Origin: Candidatus Babelota bacterium
GTDB lineage: Bacteria > Babelota > Babeliae > Babelales > JABDEC01
Length of the DNA stretch: 64,000 nt
Direction: 5' to 3'
NCBI GenBank assembly: GCA_013286795.1
Contig: JABDFA010000009.1
Span: 6,023-70,022 of the forward strand
Positions 50,297 through 58,771 of the stretch are shown piece after piece; the stretch's first letter is position 1, and each line of letters opens with the position of its first letter. The notes beneath the pieces were generated by a model that made no database searches, was not told the DNA's origin, and worked only from the letters and a program-made list of their open reading frames with translations. A program made the position numbers and the translations under genes.

Positions 50297-50519
50297 TACT
50301 TCGCTAAAGCTTCGTATGGCAGGCCAGTTTTTTCGAGGAATTAATTTTATTAATTCAGTTGACATTGTTTTTAAAAGCGAAGTATGCCCTTCGTAGCTCG
50401 TAAGAGCGAAGTAGGGCTATAACAATAAGAGTATGACTTAGCTTCTACTTCGCTAAAGCTTCGTCGGACAAGTCGTATGGCAGCCTGCACTTCGTAGCTC
50501 TGCAAAGAGCTAAGTAGGG
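50297..50519. repeat. cluster of GC-rich palindromic repeats filling the tRNA-Lys / tRNA-Leu spacer
   Basis: 'tacttcgctaaagcttcgtatggcaggcc', 'gcgaagtatgcccttcgtagctcgtaagagcgaagtagggc', 'ctacttcgctaaagcttcgtcggacaagtcgtatggcagcctgcacttcgtagctctgcaaagagctaagtaggg'. 'tacttcgc' and 'gcgaagta' pair. Confidence 0.8.
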
Positions 50520-50573
50520 TTAAATTAAAAAAAGAGAATTAGAGTAGCTAAAAAAATATCTATTGAAAAAGAT

Positions 50574-50661
50574 GCAAGAGTGGCGGAATTGGCAGACGCA
50601 CTGGACTTAGGATCCAGCTCCCCAAAAGGGAATGTGGGTTCGACTCCCTCCTCTTGCACCA
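50574..50661 (+). tRNA. tRNA-Leu (anticodon UAG), class II long variable arm, CCA encoded
   Basis: Acceptor gcaagag/ctcttgc. Anticodon arm ctgga-'ctTAGga'-tccag. Variable arm tccc-caaaa-ggga. T loop 'ttcgact'. 88 nt. Confidence 0.85.
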
Positions 50662-50696
50662 TTTTTTTATCTCTAATAATAAAAGGGAGAAATAGT

Positions 50697-52001
50697 ATGA
50701 TTCAAAATGAAGCAAATATTTTGAAATTAGATTTAATATCTTCGTGTAATGTCTTAGTTACGGTTCCTGCAAGTTTTATTAATAAACTTTATAACTATGC
50801 TTCTATAATTCAAAAGAAGTCGGCCTCTCCTTATGGATTTCAAAAAGGTATAACTCCAATCAATTATATTCAGACTAGTTTTAAGCATGATATTTTAGAA
50901 CACATAAAAGAGTTTGTTTTTAAATATTTTGTAATTAATTTTGTTCATACTGAATTAAGAAATAAAAAAATAGTAATTGCTGGATCTCCTAGATTAATTA
51001 AAATATTTTTAGAACCAGACAAAAATGCTGAATTTGTTTTTGAATTTACTCCTACTTTTCCAATTCCTTCTTTAGAAAACTGGAAATATATAATTTATAA
51101 GGCCCCAAAAAGGAAACTCTATAAAGATTTAGATAAACAGGCCTCTTTTTTTATAAATGAAGAAACTGAAAATAAAAGGATACATGATCAAAAAATGCAA
51201 TATGTGTTGGAAATAGGTGATTGGGTTAATTTTGATATAGTACCTTTAAATAATGATAATGAACCTATTTTTGATGGATTTAAAAGTAATTTATGGTTAA
51301 AAATTGGCGATGATGAGCCTAGTTTACAATATCAGGAAATCTTTCTGGGCAAAAAAATTGGGGATAAGTTTTGTTCTATGGCGAGTTCATTGCAAGAATG
51401 TTTTCACGATCAGACTTATGTTAAACATAATTTTTGTATAGAAATTAAGGATATAATTTTTAAATCCTTTTTTTCTTTGGACAATCTTAAGGAACATTTT
51501 AAAATTAAATCTAATAAATATGTACATCAAAAGCTTATTGAAGTATTCTCTTTTAGAAATGATATGTCTTTAAGAAGAGCTATTGTTGAAGATCTATTTG
51601 ATTTGCTTTTTTCAAAAATTCAATTTGAGGTTCCATTTTCTGCTATTTTAAGACAACAACAGGATATATTGCAGCTTTTGCAGTATAATCCTGATTATCC
51701 TGTCTATAAGATGCAAAAAGGATTTAACGAAAAAGTTGAATTGTTAGCAAAAAAACAAACAAAAGAAACCATTTTGATGGATTATTTGGCTTGTTATGAA
51801 AACTTATTAGTAAATCATGTTGATATAAAAAATTATCTTAATTTAGCCAATAGGCCAAGAACAAAAGATTTTATATATTTTCAACATGCCGTACTTAATG
51901 CAAATGAACAGGAGTATCCTATTCAAGCTGAGCTTTTAAAGCAGGAATGTTTAAGAGAAAAAACTTTAAATTATGTTATTAATCGTTTAACAAACAATTA
52001 G
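50697..52001 (+). CDS. tig: trigger factor
   Basis: 'YGFQKGITPINYIQTSF' matches the TF N-domain 'GFRKGKVP' signature. 434 aa from the ATG at 50697 (RBS 'aaagggaga'). The track start at 50580 lies inside tRNA-Leu. Confidence 0.8.
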   Translation: MIQNEANILKLDLISSCNVLVTVPASFINKLYNYASIIQKKSASPYGFQKGITPINYIQTSFKHDILEHIKEFVFKYFVINFVHTELRNKKIVIAGSPRLIKIFLEPDKNAEFVFEFTPTFPIPSLENWKYIIYKAPKRKLYKDLDKQASFFINEETENKRIHDQKMQYVLEIGDWVNFDIVPLNNDNEPIFDGFKSNLWLKIGDDEPSLQYQEIFLGKKIGDKFCSMASSLQECFHDQTYVKHNFCIEIKDIIFKSFFSLDNLKEHFKIKSNKYVHQKLIEVFSFRNDMSLRRAIVEDLFDLLFSKIQFEVPFSAILRQQQDILQLLQYNPDYPVYKMQKGFNEKVELLAKKQTKETILMDYLACYENLLVNHVDIKNYLNLANRPRTKDFIYFQHAVLNANEQEYPIQAELLKQECLREKTLNYVINRLTNN

Positions 52002-52006
52002 GTATT

Positions 52007-52933
52007 ATGCAAAATAAAGTACACAAACTAATTATCATTGGTTCAGGACCAGCTGGTTTAACTGCTGGAATTTATGCTTCTAGGGCTGAACTTAAGCCTT
52101 TAATTATAGATGGTGGGACACCTGGTGGACAACTTATGAGTACTACAGCTGTGGAAAATTGGCCGGGTAATAAGAGTATTATGGGCCCACAATTGATGCA
52201 AAATATGCGTGAGCATGCTCAATACTTTGGATGTGAATTTTTATCAGAAACTATAATAAAAGTTGATTTTACTAAAAAGCCATTTTCTTTATTCACTAAT
52301 AAATCTATGGAATTAAAGGCAGAGTCTGTAATTATTGCAACTGGTGCAACTCCAAAAAAATTGCAATGTCCTGGTACAGATAAATATTGGGGAAGAGGTG
52401 TTACGACTTGCGCTGTATGTGATGGAGCTTTTTATAAAAATAGACCAGTGGTTATTGTAGGAGGCGGTGATACTGCAATGGAAGATGCATCGTTTATGAC
52501 CAAATTTACTGATCAAATAACTATTGTTCAAAATTTAGATCAATTAACTGCTTCAAAAGCTATGCAGAAAAGAGTTATTGGTAATCCAAAAATTAAAATA
52601 ATTTATGATAGCCTAGTAGAAGAAATTAAAGGAAATGGAGAACATGTTAATGAGATCTTAATAAAAAATCAAAAAACGAATAAAATTGACCACCTGTGTA
52701 CAGATGTGGTTTTTTTGGCTATTGGACTCACTCCAAACACAAATTGTTTTGTTGGGCAAATTGATTTAGATAAGGTGGGGTATATAGTTGTTAAGGACAC
52801 AACAAAAACTTCTGTAGAAGGAGTATTTGTTGCAGGTGATGTAGCCGATTATAAATATCGTCAAGCTATAACCTCTGCAGGGGTAGGATGTTCTGCGGCT
52901 TTGGATGCAGAAAGATACTTGAATTCAATTTGA
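52007..52933 (+). CDS. trxB: thioredoxin-disulfide reductase
   Basis: 'IIGSGPAGLTAGIYASRA' (FAD), redox 'CAVCDG', 'VVGGGDTAMEDA' (NADPH), 'VFVAGDV'. Confidence 0.95.
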   Translation: MQNKVHKLIIIGSGPAGLTAGIYASRAELKPLIIDGGTPGGQLMSTTAVENWPGNKSIMGPQLMQNMREHAQYFGCEFLSETIIKVDFTKKPFSLFTNKSMELKAESVIIATGATPKKLQCPGTDKYWGRGVTTCAVCDGAFYKNRPVVIVGGGDTAMEDASFMTKFTDQITIVQNLDQLTASKAMQKRVIGNPKIKIIYDSLVEEIKGNGEHVNEILIKNQKTNKIDHLCTDVVFLAIGLTPNTNCFVGQIDLDKVGYIVVKDTTKTSVEGVFVAGDVADYKYRQAITSAGVGCSAALDAERYLNSI

Positions 52934-53034
52934 ATATAAAATTTATTGTGTTAGTTAATTGTCTTTGATTTATTGATTTTTTTGAGCTATATTAATGGTT
53001 ATTAAATCTTGGCAAATTTACACAAGGAATTCAA

Positions 53035-53187
53035 ATGTCTATAACATTTAAACTAAAGCGCAAAAAGCGTAATAGAAAGCACGGGTTTCTCGCACGTATG
53101 GCAACACATGACGGCAGAAAAATTGTAAACAGGCGTAGATCAAAGGGTAGAAAGCGATTGACTGTTCGTGCTCGTATGGGCAAATAA
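53035..53187 (+). CDS. rpmH: 50S ribosomal protein L34 (absent from the ORF track)
   Basis: Hand translation '[50 protein letters not shown]'. The L34 core 'HGF.ARMAT..GR.....RR.KGR..LTV' is present, and rnpA follows. Confidence 0.9.
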   Translation: MSITFKLKRKKRNRKHGFLARMATHDGRKIVNRRRSKGRKRLTVRARMGK

Positions 53188-53193
53188 GACAAT

Positions 53194-53526
53194 ATGTCAG
53201 AAATTTCTAGGCTAATTTCTTCGTTTAAGAAAAAAGAAGTCGATCAGATATTTAAGGCTTCTAAAAAAAGAATTAAAAAACAGGGGCTGGAAATTATTCT
53301 AGCCCCTAAAATTTTAGATTTTGGTAGAATTTTAGTTATTACATCAAGAAAAACTGGCAGCGCACCTAAACGTAATAAAGTTCGTCGTAGGTTAAAATCT
53401 ATTTTTTATGAAGATAAATTGTTTAGTCTAGGTTATGATTGTGTTATTGTTGTTAGACAAAACTTTGCTATAAATCTAAGTTTTCTTGAACTCAAAGAAA
53501 TTTTAAATTCTGTGTTTCAATTATGA
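53194..53526 (+). CDS. rnpA: ribonuclease P protein component
   Basis: 110-aa basic protein directly after rpmH. 'TSRKTGSAPKRNKVRRRLKSIF' matches the RNR-motif region. Confidence 0.8.
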   Translation: MSEISRLISSFKKKEVDQIFKASKKRIKKQGLEIILAPKILDFGRILVITSRKTGSAPKRNKVRRRLKSIFYEDKLFSLGYDCVIVVRQNFAINLSFLELKEILNSVFQL

Positions 53527-53804
53527 ATTTAATAAAACAACTTTTACCCTTTCCGGTCACCCTGAGCGAAGCACGTAGTGCGAAGTCGAATGGGTTTACT
53601 ACCTTTATAAAAAAACTTTTACTTGATATAATTCTAGTCTTAAGACCCTTATTTGCACCCCAAGGTGCATGTAAATATTTGGTTTCTTGCACAGATTTTG
53701 CAAAAATTGAACTTGAAGAAAAAACCTTTATTTACGCTTTTCTTTCTATTTTAAAACGAGTTTTATCTTGTCATCCCTTTTCAAAAACTAGTAATATCCA
53801 GTAA
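53523..53804 (+). CDS. yidD: membrane protein insertion efficiency factor YidD with repeat-derived N-terminal insertion
   Basis: 'CKYLVSCTDFAKIELEE...LKRVLSCHPF' matches the YidD core (C.F.P.CS.Y......RCHP). Residues 9..25 ('PFPVTLSEARSAKSNGF') are encoded by repeat 53553..53594. Confidence 0.8.
   Translation: MNLIKQLLPFPVTLSEARSAKSNGFTTFIKKLLLDIILVLRPLFAPQGACKYLVSCTDFAKIELEEKTFIYAFLSILKRVLSCHPFSKTSNIQ
53553..53594. repeat. 42-bp GC-rich repeat module inserted in frame in yidD
   Basis: 'ccggtcaccctgagcgaagcacgtagtgcgaagtcgaatggg'. Sister copy at 5097..5143. Confidence 0.85.
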
Positions 53805-54450
53805 TTATATCTGCCAGTTCCTTAGGAATTTTTTCTTCAAGAAGATTATCTTTGATAAGTTTTTTTCTTCTTTCAGGTTCAGTTTCCAGTAAATTTTTTA
53901 TAAGACCAAAATTTCTTTTCATCAACATTTTTGTGACTTCAGGTAGGGTCACATTATAAGGATAAATATCCCAATTTTTATTAGCTTGTTCATTTGCTAT
54001 ATCTAAAGCTGTTTCATCATAATCATTTTTTAAACTTAAATCAGCGCCTGCTTGAAGTAATGCTTTTACAATTTCTAGATTGCCTAAATGTACAGCATGC
54101 ATTAAAGCAGTTATACTCATTCCACCTTTAATATTTGGATCAGCATTGGTATCTAATAATAATTTTATTAAATTAACAATCTCTTCTGGTGTAAAATCTC
54201 TATCATTAATATTGATTACATCTACAGTAGGTGATTTTGATATAAGTATTAAAGCAGTATCGCCAAAATAATCTTTTGCATTTACATTTGCACCTCTTTT
54301 TAAAGCGCTTTTTATTAGCTCTATATCAAAATTTTTTGCGCCTTCAAAAAGCATTTCATAAGGGCTTTTTGTCGGTTTTGCACTCATGCATTGAGTTGAT
54401 TTTGCAAATGTTAAACAAAGAATCGAAATTAATAAATATTTATTTTTCAT
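53788..54450 (-). CDS. ankyrin-repeat protein with signal peptide and C-terminal F-box-like motif
   Basis: 'GDTALILISK', 'GMSITALMHAVHLGNLEIVKALLQAGADLSLKNDYDETALDIA'. Ends 'IPKELADIITGYY'. Confidence 0.8.
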   Translation of the reverse strand: MKNKYLLISILCLTFAKSTQCMSAKPTKSPYEMLFEGAKNFDIELIKSALKRGANVNAKDYFGDTALILISKSPTVDVININDRDFTPEEIVNLIKLLLDTNADPNIKGGMSITALMHAVHLGNLEIVKALLQAGADLSLKNDYDETALDIANEQANKNWDIYPYNVTLPEVTKMLMKRNFGLIKNLLETEPERRKKLIKDNLLEEKIPKELADIITGYY

Positions 54451-55040
54451 GATAACTTCATTTCTTTAGGTTCTTTTGAAAAAGCAGCATATTCAGAAAC
54501 TATTTCTGCTAAATCTAGAATTAAAGATGAATATTCAGCGATTTCTTTTTGTATAGCTAATCTTTTGAGTCTTCTTTTCTCGGCAGTTTTGTTTATTACA
54601 TTTTCTAATAAAGCTTTTTTTCTAGGATTTAATTTTTTTGCAATAATTAAAGCAGTTTCATTATTTTCATTTTTGATATTTGGATCTGCATAAGCATCTA
54701 ATAATAATTCAAAAATATTTCTATGGATGTCTTTTCTTCTTGCAGCTTTCATTAAAGGGGTTTCTCCAGAATTATCTTGTATATTTGGATCTGCACCGGC
54801 ATCTAGTAGTAATTTAATCATATCATCATCCCTACGAATCACTGCCATTATTAAAGGCGTAGTACCCCCTCCAAAATTAATATTGACATCAGCGCCTCTA
54901 TATATTGCATCCCTGACTGATTTAACATTGCCTCGTATTACATGGCACGAATCAATTTCAACATCTTTATTGCTCATGCTATTAACATATTCTGCAAATG
55001 TTAGACAAATAATCGGAATTAATAAATATTTAGTTTTCAT
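54447..55040 (-). CDS. ankyrin-repeat protein with signal peptide and C-terminal F-box-like motif
   Basis: 'GGTTPLIMAVIRRDDDMIKLLLDAGADPNIQDNSGETPLMKAA'. 'LILDLAEIVSEY' lies near the C-terminus. 4-nt overlap with 53788..54450. Confidence 0.8.
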   Translation of the reverse strand: MKTKYLLIPIICLTFAEYVNSMSNKDVEIDSCHVIRGNVKSVRDAIYRGADVNINFGGGTTPLIMAVIRRDDDMIKLLLDAGADPNIQDNSGETPLMKAARRKDIHRNIFELLLDAYADPNIKNENNETALIIAKKLNPRKKALLENVINKTAEKRRLKRLAIQKEIAEYSSLILDLAEIVSEYAAFSKEPKEMKLS

Positions 55041-55172
55041 TGAAGGCCTCCATATTTTTTACAAAATTAATGTCTTAAAATAAATTATATCAGGTATAAG
55101 TGTTAAAAAGCAATATTATCATTTCAGTTTGGAATAATAATATTGCTTTAAGCTTTAGTATATCTAAAAATA

Positions 55173-56579
55173 TTATAACAGTTCTGTAGCCAATCTGCTA
55201 ATTTCGCTTCTCTCTGAAGTTTCTAAAAACAATGCGCCAAAAAGTGATTGGCCCTTAAATCTATTGCTAGCTATAACTAAGCCATTACTACTAAAATCTA
55301 GGTAAGGAGAATCTATTTGGTAAGGGTCCCCAGATAAAATTATTTTGCTTCCTTCGCCTACACGAGTTATTAAGGTTTTTACTTCATGTGGGGTTAAGTT
55401 CTGGACCTCATCAATAAAAATGTATTGATAAGGAATAGATCTGCCTCTCATGTATGTAATTGCTTCTAATCCAATTTTGCCTGATTTTATAATCTCATCT
55501 AGAGGTCTTAATTTATTTAAACTATTTTTATCTTTATGTTTTTCCCTATCTTTAAATTTTGATTTTTTATTTTCTTTATAGCTCATTTCTTCATGCAATT
55601 CTTGTAGATGTTGTTTATTGTGAGAGGAATGTACTATAAGATCCATATTGTCATAAATCGGTTGCATCCAACTATGTAGTTTTTCTTGAATATCTCCTGG
55701 AAGATAGCCAATATCGGGACCAAGTGGTATAACCGGTCTTGAAACAAGAATTCTTTCATAGGTGTTTTGTATTAAAACTTGGTGTAATCCTGCCAATAAA
55801 GCTAAAAAAGTTTTACCTGTGCCTGCAGGGCCTATTAATGAAACAAGTTGGATACTTTCATCTAAAAGAAGGTCCAAAGTCATTAATTGTTGTGGGTTTC
55901 TAGGCGTTATGGGCCATCTAAGTTGTGGAATACTTACGCTTTTGAATGTTTCATTTCCCAAATATCTAAATAACCTATAGTTTGTCGGGTTATTATTGCT
56001 TTCTATCATTACAAATTGATTGATTTCCAGTATTCGCTCAAATAAGAGTTCTCTTAAAATTTCAGGAAAATCCTTTTTGAGTTGTATTGAAGGTACTGAG
56101 ACTCTTATCCAACCCTTATAAAGATCATATTCAGAAACTTTGCCTTTCATATAATCTTCAGATTTTATACCCAAAACATCTGCTTTTACTCTAGCATTAA
56201 TATCTTTGGATATAAAAGTGATATCATGTCCTTGCTGTTTGAGACCCAACACTGTAAGTAGAATTTGATTATCTTCTGTTTGAAGCAAAAATGGAAAAGA
56301 TTGTGCGGCCACTTCTGGGAGTAAAAAAAATATTTGAATTATGCCTCCATTGTTTAATTGAACCCCATCTTTTAAAGAACCTCTTGATCGTAAAGAGTCT
56401 AAATGTCTAATAGCTTCTCTGGCATTTCTTCCTCTGTCTGTAGTTTCAGATTTAAATTTATCTAATTCTTCAATTACCATAGCAGGTATACCTACTATGT
56501 GTTCATTAAAAGAAAATAATGATTGAGGATCATGAATCAAAACATTTGTGTCTAATATGTAAATTTTACGATTGTTCAT
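55173..56579 (-). CDS. PhoH2-type protein (N-terminal PIN domain fused to PhoH-like ATPase)
   Basis: PIN start 'YILDTNVLIHDP'. Walker A 'GPAGTGKTFLALLAG' and Walker B-like 'IFIDEVQN'. 468 aa. Confidence 0.85.
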   Translation of the reverse strand: MNNRKIYILDTNVLIHDPQSLFSFNEHIVGIPAMVIEELDKFKSETTDRGRNAREAIRHLDSLRSRGSLKDGVQLNNGGIIQIFFLLPEVAAQSFPFLLQTEDNQILLTVLGLKQQGHDITFISKDINARVKADVLGIKSEDYMKGKVSEYDLYKGWIRVSVPSIQLKKDFPEILRELLFERILEINQFVMIESNNNPTNYRLFRYLGNETFKSVSIPQLRWPITPRNPQQLMTLDLLLDESIQLVSLIGPAGTGKTFLALLAGLHQVLIQNTYERILVSRPVIPLGPDIGYLPGDIQEKLHSWMQPIYDNMDLIVHSSHNKQHLQELHEEMSYKENKKSKFKDREKHKDKNSLNKLRPLDEIIKSGKIGLEAITYMRGRSIPYQYIFIDEVQNLTPHEVKTLITRVGEGSKIILSGDPYQIDSPYLDFSSNGLVIASNRFKGQSLFGALFLETSERSEISRLATELL

Positions 56580-56703
56580 TCATTTCCTTAATTTTATTAT
56601 ACATGATATTTTCATTAACACCTTACAAAAAAAAATATTCAGCTACAAGAAAACAAAAAATTGGTATAATTTATCCTAAATTAAGCCTAAAGGACAAAAA
56701 ATT

Positions 56704-58410
56704 ATGGAATCACAAAAAAATCTTAATGTTTTAAGGCATTCTGCGGCCCATTTGCTTGCTCATGCTGTTTTAGAACTTTTTCCAGAGACTCAGTTGACAA
56801 TAGGTCCTGCAACTGAAGAAGGTTTTTTTTATGACTGTCTTCCTGTTCGCAATTTTAAAGAAGAGGATTTGCCTAAAATTGAGCAAAGAATGCATGAAAT
56901 ATCAAAAAGAGATCTTACATTAGAACATAAAGAAATTTCCAAAGTTGAAGCCAGAAAGATATATAAGAATAATCCATTTAAACTTGAGCTTATTGAGAAT
57001 ATTCCAGGTGATACAGTAGGCATTGCAACCCAAGGTGATTTTTATGACCTTTGTCGTGGTGGGCATGTTGAAAGAACTAGTGATATAAAATATTTTAAAC
57101 TTTTAGGTATTTCTGGATCATATTGGCGCGCTGATAGAAACGGACAAGCTTTGCAGCGTATTTCTGGTACAGCTTTTTTTACCAAAAAAGATCTTGAAGA
57201 TTATGAACAAAGAATAGTTGATGCCCAACAGTATGATCATCGTAAACTAGCAAAAGAAATGGATCTGTTTTCTTTTCATGAAGAAGGTCCGGGATTTCCA
57301 TTTTTCCATCCAAAGGGTAGAGTAGTTATAAATCAACTTATAAGATTTATGCGTAAATTACAGCAACAACAAAATTATAAAGAAATATCTACACCAATAA
57401 TTTTAAGTGATGAGCTATGGCGTAGATCAGGTCACTATGCACATTATAAAAACAACATGTATTTTACAACTATAGATGATAAAACTTATGCTATAAAACC
57501 TATGAATTGTCCTGGAGCAATTTTGGTTTATAAAGAAAGGCCAAAGTCTTATCGTGAATTGCCTTTAAAATTATCTGAATTTGGGCTAGTTCATAGACAT
57601 GAGCTTTCTGGTGTATTGCATGGTTTACTTAGAGTTAGGGCTTTTACTCAAGACGATGCGCATTTCTTTTGTACTGTTGAGCAAATAGAAGAACAAATAT
57701 TGGGTATAATTAAAATAGCTTTTCATGTTTTAAAAAAATTTGGTTTTGAAAAAATCCAGGTTAACCTTTCAACTAAGCCTGAAGATTCTATGGGAAGTGA
57801 AGAATTGTGGCAAAAAGCAACAGATGCCTTAAAGAATGCCTTATCTAGTATGGATATTAAATATAATATTCAAGAGGGTGATGGAGCATTTTATGGTCCT
57901 AAAATTGATTTTAAAATAGAAGATTCAATGGGCAGGCAGTGGCAATTAAGTACTATTCAAGTTGATTTTTTTCAGCCTATTAATTTTGATTTATCATATG
58001 TTGATTCAACGGGTCAAAAATCTAAACCGGTTATTATTCACCAGGCAATTTATGGTTCTTTAGAACGCTTTTTTGCTATTCTTTTAGAACATCATAAAGG
58101 ACATTTGCCATTTTTTGTCTGTCCTGTACAAATTAAAGTATTAACAATTACTGAAAAACAAAATGAATATGCTTTACAAGTTGTTCAGAAATTAAAAGAA
58201 AATGATATAAGAGTAGAAGCTGATATTTCATCTGATCCTATATCTGCAAAGATTAAAAATGGTTTGCTTGAAAGAATTCCTTGGCTTATAGTAGTTGGAC
58301 AAAAAGAGGTTGATTCAGGTACGATAACTCTTAGATTTAAAGATGGAAAACAGGAATTTAATCTAAAAGTTGAAGATGTTATTAAAAGAGCTATGGATCA
58401 AGATATATAA
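56704..58410 (+). CDS. thrS: threonine--tRNA ligase lacking the N-terminal TGS domain
   Basis: Starts at the editing-domain motif 'LRHSAAHLLAHAV'. Class II motifs 'HRHELSGVLHGLLRVRAFTQDDAHFF' and 'GAFYGPKIDF'. 568 aa. Confidence 0.92.
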   Translation: MESQKNLNVLRHSAAHLLAHAVLELFPETQLTIGPATEEGFFYDCLPVRNFKEEDLPKIEQRMHEISKRDLTLEHKEISKVEARKIYKNNPFKLELIENIPGDTVGIATQGDFYDLCRGGHVERTSDIKYFKLLGISGSYWRADRNGQALQRISGTAFFTKKDLEDYEQRIVDAQQYDHRKLAKEMDLFSFHEEGPGFPFFHPKGRVVINQLIRFMRKLQQQQNYKEISTPIILSDELWRRSGHYAHYKNNMYFTTIDDKTYAIKPMNCPGAILVYKERPKSYRELPLKLSEFGLVHRHELSGVLHGLLRVRAFTQDDAHFFCTVEQIEEQILGIIKIAFHVLKKFGFEKIQVNLSTKPEDSMGSEELWQKATDALKNALSSMDIKYNIQEGDGAFYGPKIDFKIEDSMGRQWQLSTIQVDFFQPINFDLSYVDSTGQKSKPVIIHQAIYGSLERFFAILLEHHKGHLPFFVCPVQIKVLTITEKQNEYALQVVQKLKENDIRVEADISSDPISAKIKNGLLERIPWLIVVGQKEVDSGTITLRFKDGKQEFNLKVEDVIKRAMDQDI

Positions 58411-58572
58411 TTTAATAATTTTAAAATAATTAACAAAAATATTTTTTTTTAGTAAAAAATGTTAAATTTTTTTTCAAAATTGTTGACTTTTAAAAACTTC
58501 AATTAGTAACATATTAATGAGATGTGAAAAAAGGAAGTGTAGTAAGTGTCCTAATAAAAAAGGAGGCCCGAT

Positions 58573-58710
58573 ATGGCAGTAAAAAGGAAAACAGCAAAAA
58601 GAGCAGGAGCTAGAAAAAGCGCAGCTAAAAAAACTGTTGCTAGAAAATCTGTAAAAAGAAAATCTACAGCAAAAAGATCAGCTGCTAAGAAATCTGCAAA
58701 AAGAAGATAA
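58573..58710 (+). CDS. 45-aa Lys/Ala/Arg-rich histone H1-like basic protein (absent from the ORF track)
   Basis: Hand translation 'MAVKRKTAKRAGARKSAAKKTVARKSVKRKSTAKRSAAKKSAKRR'. Strong RBS 'aaaaggagg' 7-8 nt upstream. A hairpin with T-run lies downstream. Confidence 0.6.
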   Translation: MAVKRKTAKRAGARKSAAKKTVARKSVKRKSTAKRSAAKKSAKRR

Positions 58711-58736
58711 GCTCTTTTTCAAGATACTTTTAATAT

Positions 58737-58771
58737 AAGGCGCTATAATTTTTATGGTGCCTTATTTTTTT
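58737..58771 (+). terminator. candidate intrinsic terminator after the H1-like gene
   Basis: Stem 'aaggcgc' (58737..58743) pairs with 'gtgcctt' (58757..58763, one G-U). It is followed by 'atttttttt'. Confidence 0.45.

Noticed and set aside
50580-50696. N-terminal 39 codons of track ORF 50580..52001 ('MAELADALDLGSS...').
   Set aside because: This segment is the body of tRNA-Leu(UAG) read as protein. The trigger factor homology and a good RBS begin at the ATG at 50697.
52934-53034. Possible oriC/DnaA-box cluster upstream of rpmH.
   Set aside because: No TTATCCACA-like 9-mers were seen by eye, and dnaA is not adjacent.
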